The notes under the pieces are model-generated. The model saw only the letters and a list, made by a program, of their open reading frames with translations. It ran no database searches and was not told the origin of the DNA. This document shows positions 1-10,107 of a stretch of 64,000 nucleotides of DNA, piece by piece. The position numbers and the translations under genes are program-made. Origin of the DNA: an uncultured archaeon (GTDB taxonomy: Archaea; Thermoplasmatota; Penumbrarchaeia; JASLWR01); NCBI GenBank assembly GCA_964342815.1, contig CAYFHS010000004.1, positions 17,238 through 81,237 of the forward strand, in the 5' to 3' direction. The first letter of the stretch is position 1, and each line of letters begins with the position of its first letter.

Positions 1-2
1 CC

Positions 3-1316
3 AATGCCGAACGAATAATACGGATATGCGGTATAATCGAGGCGAATCTATCACGAAGACCGGCAATAGTTCTCTCGGCCATAGAGAATACCACCGACGA
101 GCTATTAGCGGCAGGGCGTGCCGCTTTGATGGGAAAAGTTGACCTTGAAGCCATACGTAGGATACACGAAAAGATCGCCGTGGAGCTTGGTATCGATCCG
201 GATGAAATTCGCGAATTCGCAAAACTATTCGATGAGCTGGAGCATATTCTCATCGGGATTTCACTGTTACGCGAATTGACCCCGAAGACCAATGATTATC
301 TTGTATCCTTCGGCGAGCGCCTGGCTGTCAGGCTGATGGTATCGTATTTTGATAAAAAGATCGCTCCGGCCGCCTTTTATGATTCCTGGGATGTCGGATT
401 TGTTACGGATTCACGATTCACCAATGCAGAACTACTGAGCGAAACCTATGGAAATGTCGCCGCTTTTTTCAATGGACCGGAAATGGATCGTGCACAGACG
501 CCTTTCGTAACCGGTTTCATAGCGAAGGACAAGGATGGAAATATAACCACACTCGGCCGTGGCGGAAGCGATATGACCGCCACTGTCATCGGTGCCTCAT
601 TGCAGGTTCGTGAGATCCAGTTCTGGAAAGACGTGAACGGCATCATGACCACCGATCCGAGGCTTGTGAAGAATGCCCGTCCCATTAGATACGTCTCCTT
701 CGATGAGGCTGCGGAACTGGCATATTCCGGCTCGGATATCATGCATCCGCGTTCCATAAATCCCGTTAAGGAAACCGGGATTCCAGTACGAATAAAAAAT
801 TCACATGAGCCGGACCACCCCGGTACGATCATCGTAAGGGAACTACCGGACGATCGAAATCTCATTCGCTCGATATCGTGCAAGAGAGGAATCATTTTGG
901 TAGATATAATCTCACCGAGAATGAGGGGGCAGTACGGCTTCATGGCAAAGATATTCGATATATTCGGCAGGTACGGAATATCCATCGACCTGGTGGCCAC
1001 CAGCGAGATCAGCGTGTCGCTGACATTGGATCACAAGGATGAGATCGAAGGTCTCAGGAAGGATCTGGAGAAGATCGCTACTGTGAAAATTCTCCGCAAT
1101 AAAACAATTATCAGCCTCATTGGTGATGTGAAACATTCATCGATTATTCTCGAGCGCGTTTTTCAGGTTTTGAAAGATAATGAAATAAATGTACAGATGA
1201 TATCGCAGGGTGCCTCGAAGGTAAATATCAGCTTCATCGTGGATGATGATGAGGCCGAAGATTCACTGCATGCCATCCACGAGATACTGCTTGAAAGAGA
1301 GGGTGGTTTGAAATGA
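3..1316 (+). CDS. lysC: Aspartate kinase (5' end runs off the window)
   Basis: The frame is open from position 3 (NAERIIRICGIIEANLSRRPAIVLSAIENTTDELL). Motifs SFGERL, TTLGRGGSDMTA and WKDVNGIMTTDPR, plus C-terminal ACT domains (ISQGASKVNISF). Confidence 0.95.
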   Translation, partial: NAERIIRICGIIEANLSRRPAIVLSAIENTTDELLAAGRAALMGKVDLEAIRRIHEKIAVELGIDPDEIREFAKLFDELEHILIGISLLRELTPKTNDYLVSFGERLAVRLMVSYFDKKIAPAAFYDSWDVGFVTDSRFTNAELLSETYGNVAAFFNGPEMDRAQTPFVTGFIAKDKDGNITTLGRGGSDMTATVIGASLQVREIQFWKDVNGIMTTDPRLVKNARPIRYVSFDEAAELAYSGSDIMHPRSINPVKETGIPVRIKNSHEPDHPGTIIVRELPDDRNLIRSISCKRGIILVDIISPRMRGQYGFMAKIFDIFGRYGISIDLVATSEISVSLTLDHKDEIEGLRKDLEKIATVKILRNKTIISLIGDVKHSSIILERVFQVLKDNEINVQMISQGASKVNISFIVDDDEAEDSLHAIHEILLEREGGLK

Positions 1317-2062
1317 AATTGGCTATAATCGGGTACGGCAATATGGGACTCATTATCGAGAGATTGGCAAAATCAGCTGGAATGGAGATCGGCGCCATAG
1401 TCGATCCGGTCAATCCAAATGCCACCCATGAACAAATGGATGAGGAAACTCTTCTCGATATCGACGTTTGTATCGATTTCACCCATCCGGATGTGATAAT
1501 GGACAATATTGAAAAATATGCAATGTTGGGGAAGAACGCAGTCATCGGTACAACAGGGTGGTATGACCATATCCAGGATGTACGAATGATGACCGAGAAC
1601 AGCGGGATCGGCTTATTGTACTCGTCGAACTTCTCAATAGGGATCAATATATTCAACAGGGTCGTGGAGCGTGCGGCGGAGTTATTCGATAAGTTCGATA
1701 TCTATGATGTGGCAGGGATAGAATATCACCACAACAGAAAGGCGGACAGCCCTTCCGGGACTGCAATTACCCTGGCAAACAGAATAAAGGACCGCATTGA
1801 AAGAAAAGAAAAAGTGGTCTATGATATGCTCAAGCGCAGGATAGAGGCCAATGAGCTGCATTTTGCCAGTGTCAGGTGCGGCTCAATTACCGGAAAACAT
1901 GAGATAATATTCGACTCACCGGCGGATTTTATTACATTGACCCATTCTGCTAAGAACAGGGAAGGATTTGCCGCCGGAGCTCTGGAGGCTGCCAAATGGA
2001 TCCACGGCAGAGCCGGTTTCTTCGATATCGATGATCTTGTACGGGAAATAATGAATGAATAA
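1313..2062 (+). CDS. dapB: 4-hydroxy-tetrahydrodipicolinate reductase
   Basis: GYGNMG Rossmann motif, DFTHP, VIGTTGW, SSNFSIG, EYHHNRKADSPSGTA. ATGA overlap with lysC. Confidence 0.96.
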   Translation: MKLAIIGYGNMGLIIERLAKSAGMEIGAIVDPVNPNATHEQMDEETLLDIDVCIDFTHPDVIMDNIEKYAMLGKNAVIGTTGWYDHIQDVRMMTENSGIGLLYSSNFSIGINIFNRVVERAAELFDKFDIYDVAGIEYHHNRKADSPSGTAITLANRIKDRIERKEKVVYDMLKRRIEANELHFASVRCGSITGKHEIIFDSPADFITLTHSAKNREGFAAGALEAAKWIHGRAGFFDIDDLVREIMNE

Positions 2063-2083
2063 TTGGTATAAAAAGGTGAAATT

Positions 2084-2971
2084 ATGGAACTCAATGGAAC
2101 GTATACGGCGATGATCACGCCTTTCCTACACGGGGAAGTGGATTACGAAGGGCTAAGAAAAAACATAGATTTTCAGATCGATGGAGGCGTCACGGGCATT
2201 CTTGCACTTGGCACAACTGCGGAAACTCCCACACTCACCGATTCTGAAAAGGAACAAATAGTAAAGATAGTGGTGGAACTAGCCAAGGGAAAGGTGAATA
2301 TAATGGTGGGAACGGGATCGAATTCCACCGCCAGCACCATTCGTGCAACGGAAAGGGCGAAGGAGATGGGCGCCGATATGGCATTGGTCGTTACCCCGTA
2401 CTACAACAAACCCACCCAGGAAGGTATTTTTCTGCATTTCAAGGCGGTGACGGATGCGGTGGACATACCCGTTGTCGTGTATAACATCAAGGGAAGGACC
2501 GGAACCAACATCGAGACCCGAACGCTGAGCCGAATTGCGGGATTCCGCAATATTATCGGCGTCAAGGAAGCATCGGGAGATGTCGCTCAGATGACGGATG
2601 TTATCAATCAAATACAAAATCATCGCGAGAATTTCTCGGTTATGAGCGGCGACGATGCATTGGTCCTGCCTCTGATGTCCCTTGGCGGAAGAGGCGTAAT
2701 TTCAGTAGTCAGCAATCTGGTGCCGAAAATGGTGGTGGAGCTGGTAGATGCTGCGTCAAAGGGTAACTTTTCCCGTGCCCGGGACCTTGCCTTCAAGCAG
2801 CTTCCTCTAATACGGGCCGCATTTGTCGAGACCAATCCCATTCCCATAAAGGAATCGATGAATATGCAAAATATGGCGGCAGGAGAGTGCCGTTTACCCC
2901 TTTCACCAATCACGCCTGGAACCAGGGAGCTTCTTTCTGGGGTCCTGAAGGACCTGGGATTACAGAGCTGA
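2084..2971 (+). CDS. dapA: 4-hydroxy-tetrahydrodipicolinate synthase
   Basis: TAMITPF, LGTTAE, GTGSNST, VTPYYNKP, YNIKGRTG, GVKEASG (Schiff-base Lys), ETNPIPIK. Confidence 0.97.
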   Translation: MELNGTYTAMITPFLHGEVDYEGLRKNIDFQIDGGVTGILALGTTAETPTLTDSEKEQIVKIVVELAKGKVNIMVGTGSNSTASTIRATERAKEMGADMALVVTPYYNKPTQEGIFLHFKAVTDAVDIPVVVYNIKGRTGTNIETRTLSRIAGFRNIIGVKEASGDVAQMTDVINQIQNHRENFSVMSGDDALVLPLMSLGGRGVISVVSNLVPKMVVELVDAASKGNFSRARDLAFKQLPLIRAAFVETNPIPIKESMNMQNMAAGECRLPLSPITPGTRELLSGVLKDLGLQS

Positions 2972-3032
2972 AACTGTATTTGGAATTATCAAGCGGTAGA
3001 ACGAAAAAATCGAATTAAAAGGAGAGGAGAAG

Positions 3033-4109
3033 ATGCAGGATAAAATAAACGTTGGAGTGCTGGGCGCTACCGGGATGGTGGGACAGAACTATATTTCACT
3101 TCTCGCGGACCATCCCTGGTTCAAGGTTAACCATTTGGCAGCCTCTCCACGCTCAGCCGGCAAATCCTACGGTGAAGCGGTCACGGGCAGGTGGCAAATG
3201 GTTGCAGACGTTCCCGTGCCCATAAAGAACCTTACTGTATCCACTCTCAATGAGATAGACCTTGTTCAAGAAAATTGCCGCTTCGTTTTTTCGGCTCTCG
3301 GGACCGACGTAGCCAGGGAATACGAAGAGAGGTATGCCGCTGCCGGTATTCCTGTAGTTTCCAACGCATCCGCACATAGGCAGACCCCCGACGTGCCAAT
3401 GGTAATACCTGAAATAAATCACCATCATCTGGAGATCATACCTATCCAACAAAGGTCCCGGGGCTGGGATCGCGGATTTATCGTCGTCAAGCCAAACTGT
3501 TCACTGCAGTCCTACATGACCCCGTTGTACACCCTTTTCGAGAAATTCGGACTGAAACGCGCCATCATAACAACCATGCAGGCCGTAAGCGGTGCCGGAC
3601 ACCCGGGTGTTTCTTCTCTGGATATCACTGACAACGTCGTTCCATTCATAGCCGGAGAGGAAGAAAAATCCGAGAATGAACCGCCCAAGATACTGGGCAC
3701 CATACAGGGAAGCGTCATTAAGAACTTTAATGAATTGAAGATATCGGTCCACTGCAACAGGGTTCCAGTATTGCACGGCCACACGGCCTGCGTTTCCGTG
3801 GAGTTCGAGCGTAAACCGACCCGGGAGGAGATTATGCGTGCCTGGAACGATTTCAGCGGTATTTCCTCGAAATACGACCTGCCTTCGTCTCCCGAGCGTG
3901 CAATTATATACCGGGAGGAGCCGAATCGCCCGCAGCCCCGTCTCGATCGGGACGCAGGGGACGGAATGACAGTGGTTGTGGGTCGTCTCCGGGAATGTAA
4001 TGTTCTCCATTACCGTTTCGTGGGATTATCCCATAATACGGTCCGGGGAGCAGCCGGCGGCGGAATATTGAACGGAGAACTCCTGGTAGCTATGGGTTAT
4101 CTGGATTGA
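3033..4109 (+). CDS. asd: Aspartate-semialdehyde dehydrogenase
   Basis: LGATGMVGQ, VSNASAHR, PEIN, KPNCS (catalytic Cys), QAVSGAG, CNRVPVLHGH, SHNTVRGAAGG. Confidence 0.97.
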   Translation: MQDKINVGVLGATGMVGQNYISLLADHPWFKVNHLAASPRSAGKSYGEAVTGRWQMVADVPVPIKNLTVSTLNEIDLVQENCRFVFSALGTDVAREYEERYAAAGIPVVSNASAHRQTPDVPMVIPEINHHHLEIIPIQQRSRGWDRGFIVVKPNCSLQSYMTPLYTLFEKFGLKRAIITTMQAVSGAGHPGVSSLDITDNVVPFIAGEEEKSENEPPKILGTIQGSVIKNFNELKISVHCNRVPVLHGHTACVSVEFERKPTREEIMRAWNDFSGISSKYDLPSSPERAIIYREEPNRPQPRLDRDAGDGMTVVVGRLRECNVLHYRFVGLSHNTVRGAAGGGILNGELLVAMGYLD

Positions 4110-4131
4110 TGGATGAAATGAATATGACCCG

Positions 4132-5358
4132 GTGAGTGAAGTGCATCTCGACAATGAACTTATAATCGGACTGGCCGAAAAATACGGAACGCCTCTGTAC
4201 GTATATAACGGCGACCTAATCGTTAAGAGATACGGAGAACTCCACGATTTCATCGATTTCCCCGGTCTTAAGATACTCTATGCCATGAAGGCGAATTACA
4301 ATTATCACATTTTAAGATTACTTGAACAGAAAAATGCCTCTCTCGACACCGTAAGCCCGGCGGAAGTGCTGCTTGCATTAAAGGCGGGATACACGGCGGA
4401 TCGAATTCTTTATACCGCCAATAACATGACCGACGAAGAAATGTTTTTCGTGAAAGAATCTGAAGTCATGTTCAATATAGATTCCTGCACGCGTCTCGAA
4501 AAGTACGGTAGGGCGTTTCCCGGCGACGAGGTTTGCCTGCGCTTCAATCCCGACGTCATGGCCGGTTTTCATGAAAACGTCATGACCGGGGGGGCAATAA
4601 CGAAGTTCGGTATTCTCCCTGGAGACGTTGAGCGGGTTCTTGACATCGTGAAAAAGTATGATCTGACCGTGGTGGGACTACACGAACATACCGGTTCGGG
4701 CCTTTATGACGAGAATAAGGTGTACGAGAGTATGAAGAACCTGCTCTCCATCGCATCGCCGGAAAATTTTCCTCACCTCCGATTCATAGATTTCGGAGGA
4801 GGATTTGCCGTACCGTACAAACCTGATGATACGAAAATTAATTACGAGAAATTCGGAAATAATATGAATATTATTTATACAACGTTCTGCAGCGAATACG
4901 GGAGAGACCTTGAGCTGTACTTCGAACCGGGAAAATACATCGTTGCGGAATCCGGATACCTGCTTATGGAGGCAAATACCGTCAAGAACAACCGGGGTAG
5001 GCTGATAGTGGGTACGAACTCAGGGTTTCCCCAGCTCATCAGGCCGACCTATTACGGAGCTTACCATCAGGTCGTGAATCTGACGAATCCTCACGGCGAG
5101 CCTAAAAAATATGACGTATGCGGCAACATCTGCGAGACCGGAGATGTTTTCGCGAAACAAAGGGAACTTTCTGAGGTAAGAGAAGGTGATATTCTGGCCA
5201 TAAGGAACGCCGGAGCCTACTGTTATTCCATGGGAGGGGTATATAATTTACGTTCCATGCCGGCGGAGGTTTTCTGCATCGAGGGCAAGGCGGCATTGTC
5301 CAGGAGACGTCTTTCGAGCAGCGAACTGGTCGAGAATATACTTGGGGAATGCGTATGA
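4132..5358 (+). CDS. lysA: Diaminopimelate decarboxylase
   Basis: YGTPLYVY, YAMKAN (PLP Lys), HTGSG, DFGGGF, FEPGKY, GNICETGD, AGAYCYSM. GTG start. Confidence 0.96.
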   Translation: MSEVHLDNELIIGLAEKYGTPLYVYNGDLIVKRYGELHDFIDFPGLKILYAMKANYNYHILRLLEQKNASLDTVSPAEVLLALKAGYTADRILYTANNMTDEEMFFVKESEVMFNIDSCTRLEKYGRAFPGDEVCLRFNPDVMAGFHENVMTGGAITKFGILPGDVERVLDIVKKYDLTVVGLHEHTGSGLYDENKVYESMKNLLSIASPENFPHLRFIDFGGGFAVPYKPDDTKINYEKFGNNMNIIYTTFCSEYGRDLELYFEPGKYIVAESGYLLMEANTVKNNRGRLIVGTNSGFPQLIRPTYYGAYHQVVNLTNPHGEPKKYDVCGNICETGDVFAKQRELSEVREGDILAIRNAGAYCYSMGGVYNLRSMPAEVFCIEGKAALSRRRLSSSELVENILGECV

Positions 5359-6176
5359 ATTTTACCAAGATGCACGGGACGGGTAACGATTTCGTTGTCA
5401 TCGATGGTACCGAAAATTTTTTACCGGAACCTTTTTCTGATTATGCAAGAAAAATTGCGGACCGCCATTTCGGTATAGGGTGCGATCAGGTCCTGGTAAT
5501 CGAAAAAAGCGATGTGGCTGATTTTGGAATGTCCATCTATAACAATGACGGCGGCAAGGTGGAGATGTGCGGTAACGGAATAAGGTGTTTGGCGAGGTAT
5601 GTCTACGAGCGGTGTATGACGGAAAAAGTACAGATAAAAGTGGAAACGCTGGGTGGGATCATTGTTCCCGAGATCATGGGCGACCGCATACGCGTGGATA
5701 TGGGCGCTCCCTCTCTCGACACGAATGATTGGTTGTACGAAGATGAAAGGGTGGTAAATAAAAAGATCGAAGTGAATGAGCGGTATGTAAATATTACTCT
5801 TGTTTCAATGGGAAATCCTCACTGTATCGTTTTCGTTGATGACCTGGATGAACTGGACCTGTCTTCAATAGGACCCCACTTCGAGAACCATGTGATGTTC
5901 CCGAACCGGATAAACACGGAATTCGTGAAATTATTGAACGAAAGAGAGGTGGTTGCGAGAGTGTGGGAGCGCGGCTCGGGTGAGACATTGGCCTGCGGGA
6001 CCGGTGCATCGGCAATCGTTGTTGCTTCTGTCTTGAGTGGGAAGACCGCCCGCAAAATAACCGTTCATCTAAAAGGGGGGGACCTTGAAGTGGAATGGGC
6101 GGATGATAATCATGTCTATATGACAGGTTCCGCGGATTTCGTGTTCCAGGGAAATATCGATCTTTCATTATTATAA
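5355..6176 (+). CDS. dapF: Diaminopimelate epimerase
   Basis: FTKMHGTGNDF, EMCGNGIRC, SMGNPHC, NTEF, WERGSGETLACGTGA. ATG at 5355 overlaps the lysA stop. Confidence 0.97.
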   Translation: MNFTKMHGTGNDFVVIDGTENFLPEPFSDYARKIADRHFGIGCDQVLVIEKSDVADFGMSIYNNDGGKVEMCGNGIRCLARYVYERCMTEKVQIKVETLGGIIVPEIMGDRIRVDMGAPSLDTNDWLYEDERVVNKKIEVNERYVNITLVSMGNPHCIVFVDDLDELDLSSIGPHFENHVMFPNRINTEFVKLLNEREVVARVWERGSGETLACGTGASAIVVASVLSGKTARKITVHLKGGDLEVEWADDNHVYMTGSADFVFQGNIDLSLL

Positions 6177-6224
6177 AAAATTCAGACGAAAAAATAATAA
6201 TCGGAGAATGCCGGAGACGCGAGC

Positions 6225-7442
6225 ATGGTACGGAGAAACCCCAACATGGCAAAGCTGCCAACAGCCTATCTTTTTCGGGAGATCAACCGGAGAAAAAGGG
6301 CTTTCATGGAGGAGAATCCCACGGCGAAGGTAATCAGTCTGGGTATCGGGGACACCACGGAGCCACTTCCGCAGCATGTGATGGAAGGGCTTGTGAGCGG
6401 TGCGCGAAAGTTGGGAACGCGTGAAGGTTTCTTAGGATATGGTGAAGAGCCGGGATTTTACGAATTGAGAGAGAAGATTGCCAAAAAGATGTACGGTGGC
6501 TTGGTGGATGCGGAAGAGATATTCATATCCGACGGCGCAAAACCGGACATCGGGCGTTTCCAGGTACTTTTTGGAAACCAGCTCACGGTTGCAGTACAGG
6601 ACCCGGCGTACCCGGTTTACGTGGACAGCTCTGTCATAATGGGCCAGACCGGCGATTTCCACGACAGCAGCGGGCAGTTTGGTAATTTGGTATATATGCC
6701 GTGCACACCGGAGAATGATTTTTTTCCTGATCTTGAGCACACGCCCAGAACCGATCTGATCTTTTTCTGCTCCCCGAACAATCCCACCGGTGCGGTAGCA
6801 ACCCGCCATCAACTTCAGAGCTTGGTGGATTTTGCAAGGAAAAATCGTTCCATCATCGTCTTTGACGCAGCTTACCGGGAGTTCATTCAAAACCACGATC
6901 TTCCCAAGACCATATTCGAGATCGAGGGAGCCCGGGAGGTGGCCATAGAGCTAAATTCGTTTTCGAAGCTTGTGGGTTTTACGGGAGTCCGACTGGGCTG
7001 GTCAATAGTGCCCCGCCAGTTGAAATATGATGACGGAAGCCAGGTCAAATACGACTGGAACCGTGTGGTAACTACCATTTTTAACGGGGCCTCGAACATA
7101 GTGCAGTACGGTGGACTTGCAGCCATGGACGACGAGGGCGTAAAAGAAATGGAACGGCTGGTCTCCTACTATGCTGAGAATGCCCGGATCATCAAGGAGG
7201 CCCTGGGGATCATAGGACTGAAGACCTATGGGGGATCCAATTCGCCCTACATATGGGTCCGCTTCGAGGGTGAGAGCTCGTGGGATGCCTTTTCGAGAAT
7301 ACTTGAGGAAACCTGTATTGTTACAACACCGGGTAGTGGATTCGGCATGTCTGCCGAAGGGTATATCAGATTCAGCGCTTTCGGTCATCGGGCCGATATA
7401 TTGGAAGCTGTGGGGCGTTTCGACAAACTTCTACCTTCATAA
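6225..7442 (+). CDS. dapL: LL-diaminopimelate aminotransferase
   Basis: YLF, ISLGIGDTTEP, SDGAKPD, DPAYPVYVD, CSPNNPTG, SFSKLVGFTGVRLGW, TPGSGFG, RFSAFG. Confidence 0.95.
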   Translation: MVRRNPNMAKLPTAYLFREINRRKRAFMEENPTAKVISLGIGDTTEPLPQHVMEGLVSGARKLGTREGFLGYGEEPGFYELREKIAKKMYGGLVDAEEIFISDGAKPDIGRFQVLFGNQLTVAVQDPAYPVYVDSSVIMGQTGDFHDSSGQFGNLVYMPCTPENDFFPDLEHTPRTDLIFFCSPNNPTGAVATRHQLQSLVDFARKNRSIIVFDAAYREFIQNHDLPKTIFEIEGAREVAIELNSFSKLVGFTGVRLGWSIVPRQLKYDDGSQVKYDWNRVVTTIFNGASNIVQYGGLAAMDDEGVKEMERLVSYYAENARIIKEALGIIGLKTYGGSNSPYIWVRFEGESSWDAFSRILEETCIVTTPGSGFGMSAEGYIRFSAFGHRADILEAVGRFDKLLPS

Positions 7443-7443
7443 A

Positions 7444-8532
7444 ATGATTTCACTTTCGGGGGTATCATCGACGATATATGACGCTGTAATAATTGGGGCG
7501 GGACCGGCCGGATCGTCTGCAGCGAAAGTGCTCGAAGACAGTGGATTATCTTATGTACTGGTGGACAAGAAAAAATTTCCACGGAACAAGCCGTGCGCAG
7601 GAGTTCTTTCCCCCAAGATACTGTCGTTATTGGATATTCCTCACGACGTGATCGAAAGACCTCTCGTGGGTTACCGGGTATTTTCCCCCGCAGGAAGAAT
7701 TGTGGAATCATCCTTCCCGGAGCATGGTTTTATTGTTCAGAGGACCGAATTCGATACGTTTCTGGTACGCTCCCTGGCAGCAGAACCGGTCCGGCAAAAG
7801 GTAACTCAAATCAAAGACAACGGTGACCATATCGAGATACGAAATGACCAATGGAGCTGCACGGCAAGATTCGTAATCGGCGCCGATGGGGCCAATTCGG
7901 TTGTGAGACGATACTGCGGCATTCACGCAAAACAGGTTGCAGCGGCCGCCCAATGCGTTGTTCGACTACCTGCAAACGCCATCGATGAACGAGTGGGGGA
8001 CTGGTTCGAAGTTTATTATACGCTGCACCACGGTTACGGGTGGATCAGCCCCATGAAGGATTTATTACGGATCGGAGTTGGTATTGTTACCGGACATCTC
8101 ATAGGGAATATCAAAGGAGTACTTGAAAAATTTATGGCAAGTTCGCCGGTACGGGAGAAATGGGAGGGTGGAGAAATTGTTGGAAGAGAAGCGGCTTCCA
8201 TCCCCATGTCCGGGCCGTTGGATCGTGTGACACGACCGCGAATACTTCTCTGCGGGGATGCCGGCGGTTTTGTCTATCCGGGGACTGGTGAAGGTATATT
8301 CTATGCTGTCAAGACCGGTAGGATCGCGGCCGAGTTAATAAGCCGGCTCTGTCAGGAAGAAGGTATCGATACGGACCTGCTGGAGAAAACCTACTCGAAT
8401 GAGCTTGAAAAAAACGGATTATTTGCACTGCGTGACGTGGATTTCACCGAGAAAAATTTATCCAGCACCGAAAATGCCGAAAAATACGTTCGGCGCCTAG
8501 CTCACATCGTCCGGGCTCGCTCCGTCCCTTGA
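7444..8532 (+). CDS. Geranylgeranyl-reductase-family FAD oxidoreductase (DGGR-like or LipT-like)
   Basis: YDAVIIGAGPAG, KPCAG, GADGANS, GYGWISP, GDAGGFVYPGTGEGI. Real start is probably the ATG at 7444, 1 bp after the dapL stop; the ORF-track extension to 7228 overlaps dapL. Confidence 0.85.
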   Translation: MISLSGVSSTIYDAVIIGAGPAGSSAAKVLEDSGLSYVLVDKKKFPRNKPCAGVLSPKILSLLDIPHDVIERPLVGYRVFSPAGRIVESSFPEHGFIVQRTEFDTFLVRSLAAEPVRQKVTQIKDNGDHIEIRNDQWSCTARFVIGADGANSVVRRYCGIHAKQVAAAAQCVVRLPANAIDERVGDWFEVYYTLHHGYGWISPMKDLLRIGVGIVTGHLIGNIKGVLEKFMASSPVREKWEGGEIVGREAASIPMSGPLDRVTRPRILLCGDAGGFVYPGTGEGIFYAVKTGRIAAELISRLCQEEGIDTDLLEKTYSNELEKNGLFALRDVDFTEKNLSSTENAEKYVRRLAHIVRARSVP

Positions 8533-10107
8533 TCTTATTATTCCAATTACTTGGGTCAATAATTCAGTATTCAGGTGTGTCTGTCCCTCGAAATCACCCA
8601 ATTTTGCCTCTTTTGATTTGCCCAGGTCATAGCAGGTCTCGCTGTCGATATCCACTATCACCCCGGGCACCCCCGCTTCTTCGAAATCCTCTATGTGTTT
8701 TACATAGAACGCCTCGCAGCAGCACCCTACAAACGAGCTTACACCTTCGTCCTTCATGTGGCGAAGAGTGCTTATCAGGTCTTCAAAATTCAATATGGTT
8801 ATAGGGCTCATATCGTTTACGCCTGCGAGTTCGTAGCCTTCACCTATACTGCATCCCCCGCATGGGTCGCAATCCTTCCGGATCCTGTAATCACATCCCA
8901 CAAGCTTGGAGCAGTAGGGAAGTAGCAGTACCGAAGGCTCGGCAATCTCGGCGAATGGGTACAGTACCGTAAAAATCCTGTTGACGTTCTCTTGGGAGAT
9001 TCCCAGCTCAAGATAATCGATCTTTTCGATAGCCTTGTCCAAAGCCTTGAAAAAATCCAGTGGTTTGACGCCAGGTATCTGGATTTCTCTATTAGCGAAA
9101 AAATCATTTATTAAAATTTCTAAATCCCCCTTGACGAGAGACGCGTCCTTCAGCAGTCCCTCAAGGTCGAAGATTGTTCGTTTGGGATATGCAAAGAAAT
9201 CTCCGGTGATAAGAGCGGCCTGGATCCGACGGTTTGGGATATCCGCAACCAATGATACACGTATTAGCCCCCCGGGCGCCTTGTGGACCGATCTCAGCAC
9301 CTGTCGGTGTTTCATGGGCCTGCGAATACCGTAGACCCACTTGTCCGATTCATAATATTTTAACTTCTCGTTGAGCATTTCTTTTTCCGGCAGACTCAAT
9401 TCTCTTTTCGTGAATTCAACGTCGAAAACTTCCGAAAACCCTTCCGCGAGAGCCGACTTAATGTTCTCCATCTCCGGCAGGTAACCCAGTTCCCATTTCA
9501 GGCAGGTCACTCTTTCTCGTACGGATTCCAGTTCCTTGTCCTTCAGTTTCTCGATGGGTATCCTCAGCGATCGCAGCATGGTGTCAACATCGAAATCCGT
9601 TAAAAGAGTTCCCTGGAAAAGAAATGCACCACCCTCGAAGGCCCCGCCGGTTCCGGATATCTTTCTTCCATTCACCTCGATATCGTTCTTGGGACGAAAT
9701 TCGGCTTTTACGCCGAGTTTTTGGAGTCCCTTCACGGTGCCTCGACACAGTTTCTCGTAAAGCTCGTCCACCTTTTTCGGAATGCTCGGCTGAGCTCTGG
9801 AAGCGATCAGTTCCCAACCGAGCTGCGGTCCGTCCAGGTAAATGGCCCCGCCGCCGGTGATCCTCCTGTTGATATCGATTTTATTCTCCTTACAGTAATC
9901 GATCCGCACCTCCTGCTCGGTGCTCTGATGAAATCCCACGAGGACCGCATTTGGAGAAAATTGAAGAAATCTCAAGGTATTCGGGATAATATCCCTGTTC
10001 CTGCACTTCAGCAGAACGTCATCCAACGCGGAATTTTCGGCAGCGCTTCTCACCCCGGTATCAAGCAGCGTCCAGGTTTCCATGACATCACTGTTCTCGA
10101 CCTTCAA
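8497..10107 (-). CDS. lplA: Lipoate-protein ligase (LplA catalytic plus C-terminal domain) fused to Cys-rich DUF116 domain
   Basis: RRITGGGAIYLD, KNDIEVNGRKISGTG, FQGTLL, ITGDFF. C-terminal LLLPYC..C..CDPCGGC..GCCCE..TCY matches my recollection of DUF116. Confidence 0.85.
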   Translation of the reverse strand: MKVENSDVMETWTLLDTGVRSAAENSALDDVLLKCRNRDIIPNTLRFLQFSPNAVLVGFHQSTEQEVRIDYCKENKIDINRRITGGGAIYLDGPQLGWELIASRAQPSIPKKVDELYEKLCRGTVKGLQKLGVKAEFRPKNDIEVNGRKISGTGGAFEGGAFLFQGTLLTDFDVDTMLRSLRIPIEKLKDKELESVRERVTCLKWELGYLPEMENIKSALAEGFSEVFDVEFTKRELSLPEKEMLNEKLKYYESDKWVYGIRRPMKHRQVLRSVHKAPGGLIRVSLVADIPNRRIQAALITGDFFAYPKRTIFDLEGLLKDASLVKGDLEILINDFFANREIQIPGVKPLDFFKALDKAIEKIDYLELGISQENVNRIFTVLYPFAEIAEPSVLLLPYCSKLVGCDYRIRKDCDPCGGCSIGEGYELAGVNDMSPITILNFEDLISTLRHMKDEGVSSFVGCCCEAFYVKHIEDFEEAGVPGVIVDIDSETCYDLGKSKEAKLGDFEGQTHLNTELLTQVIGIIRSRDGASPDDVS

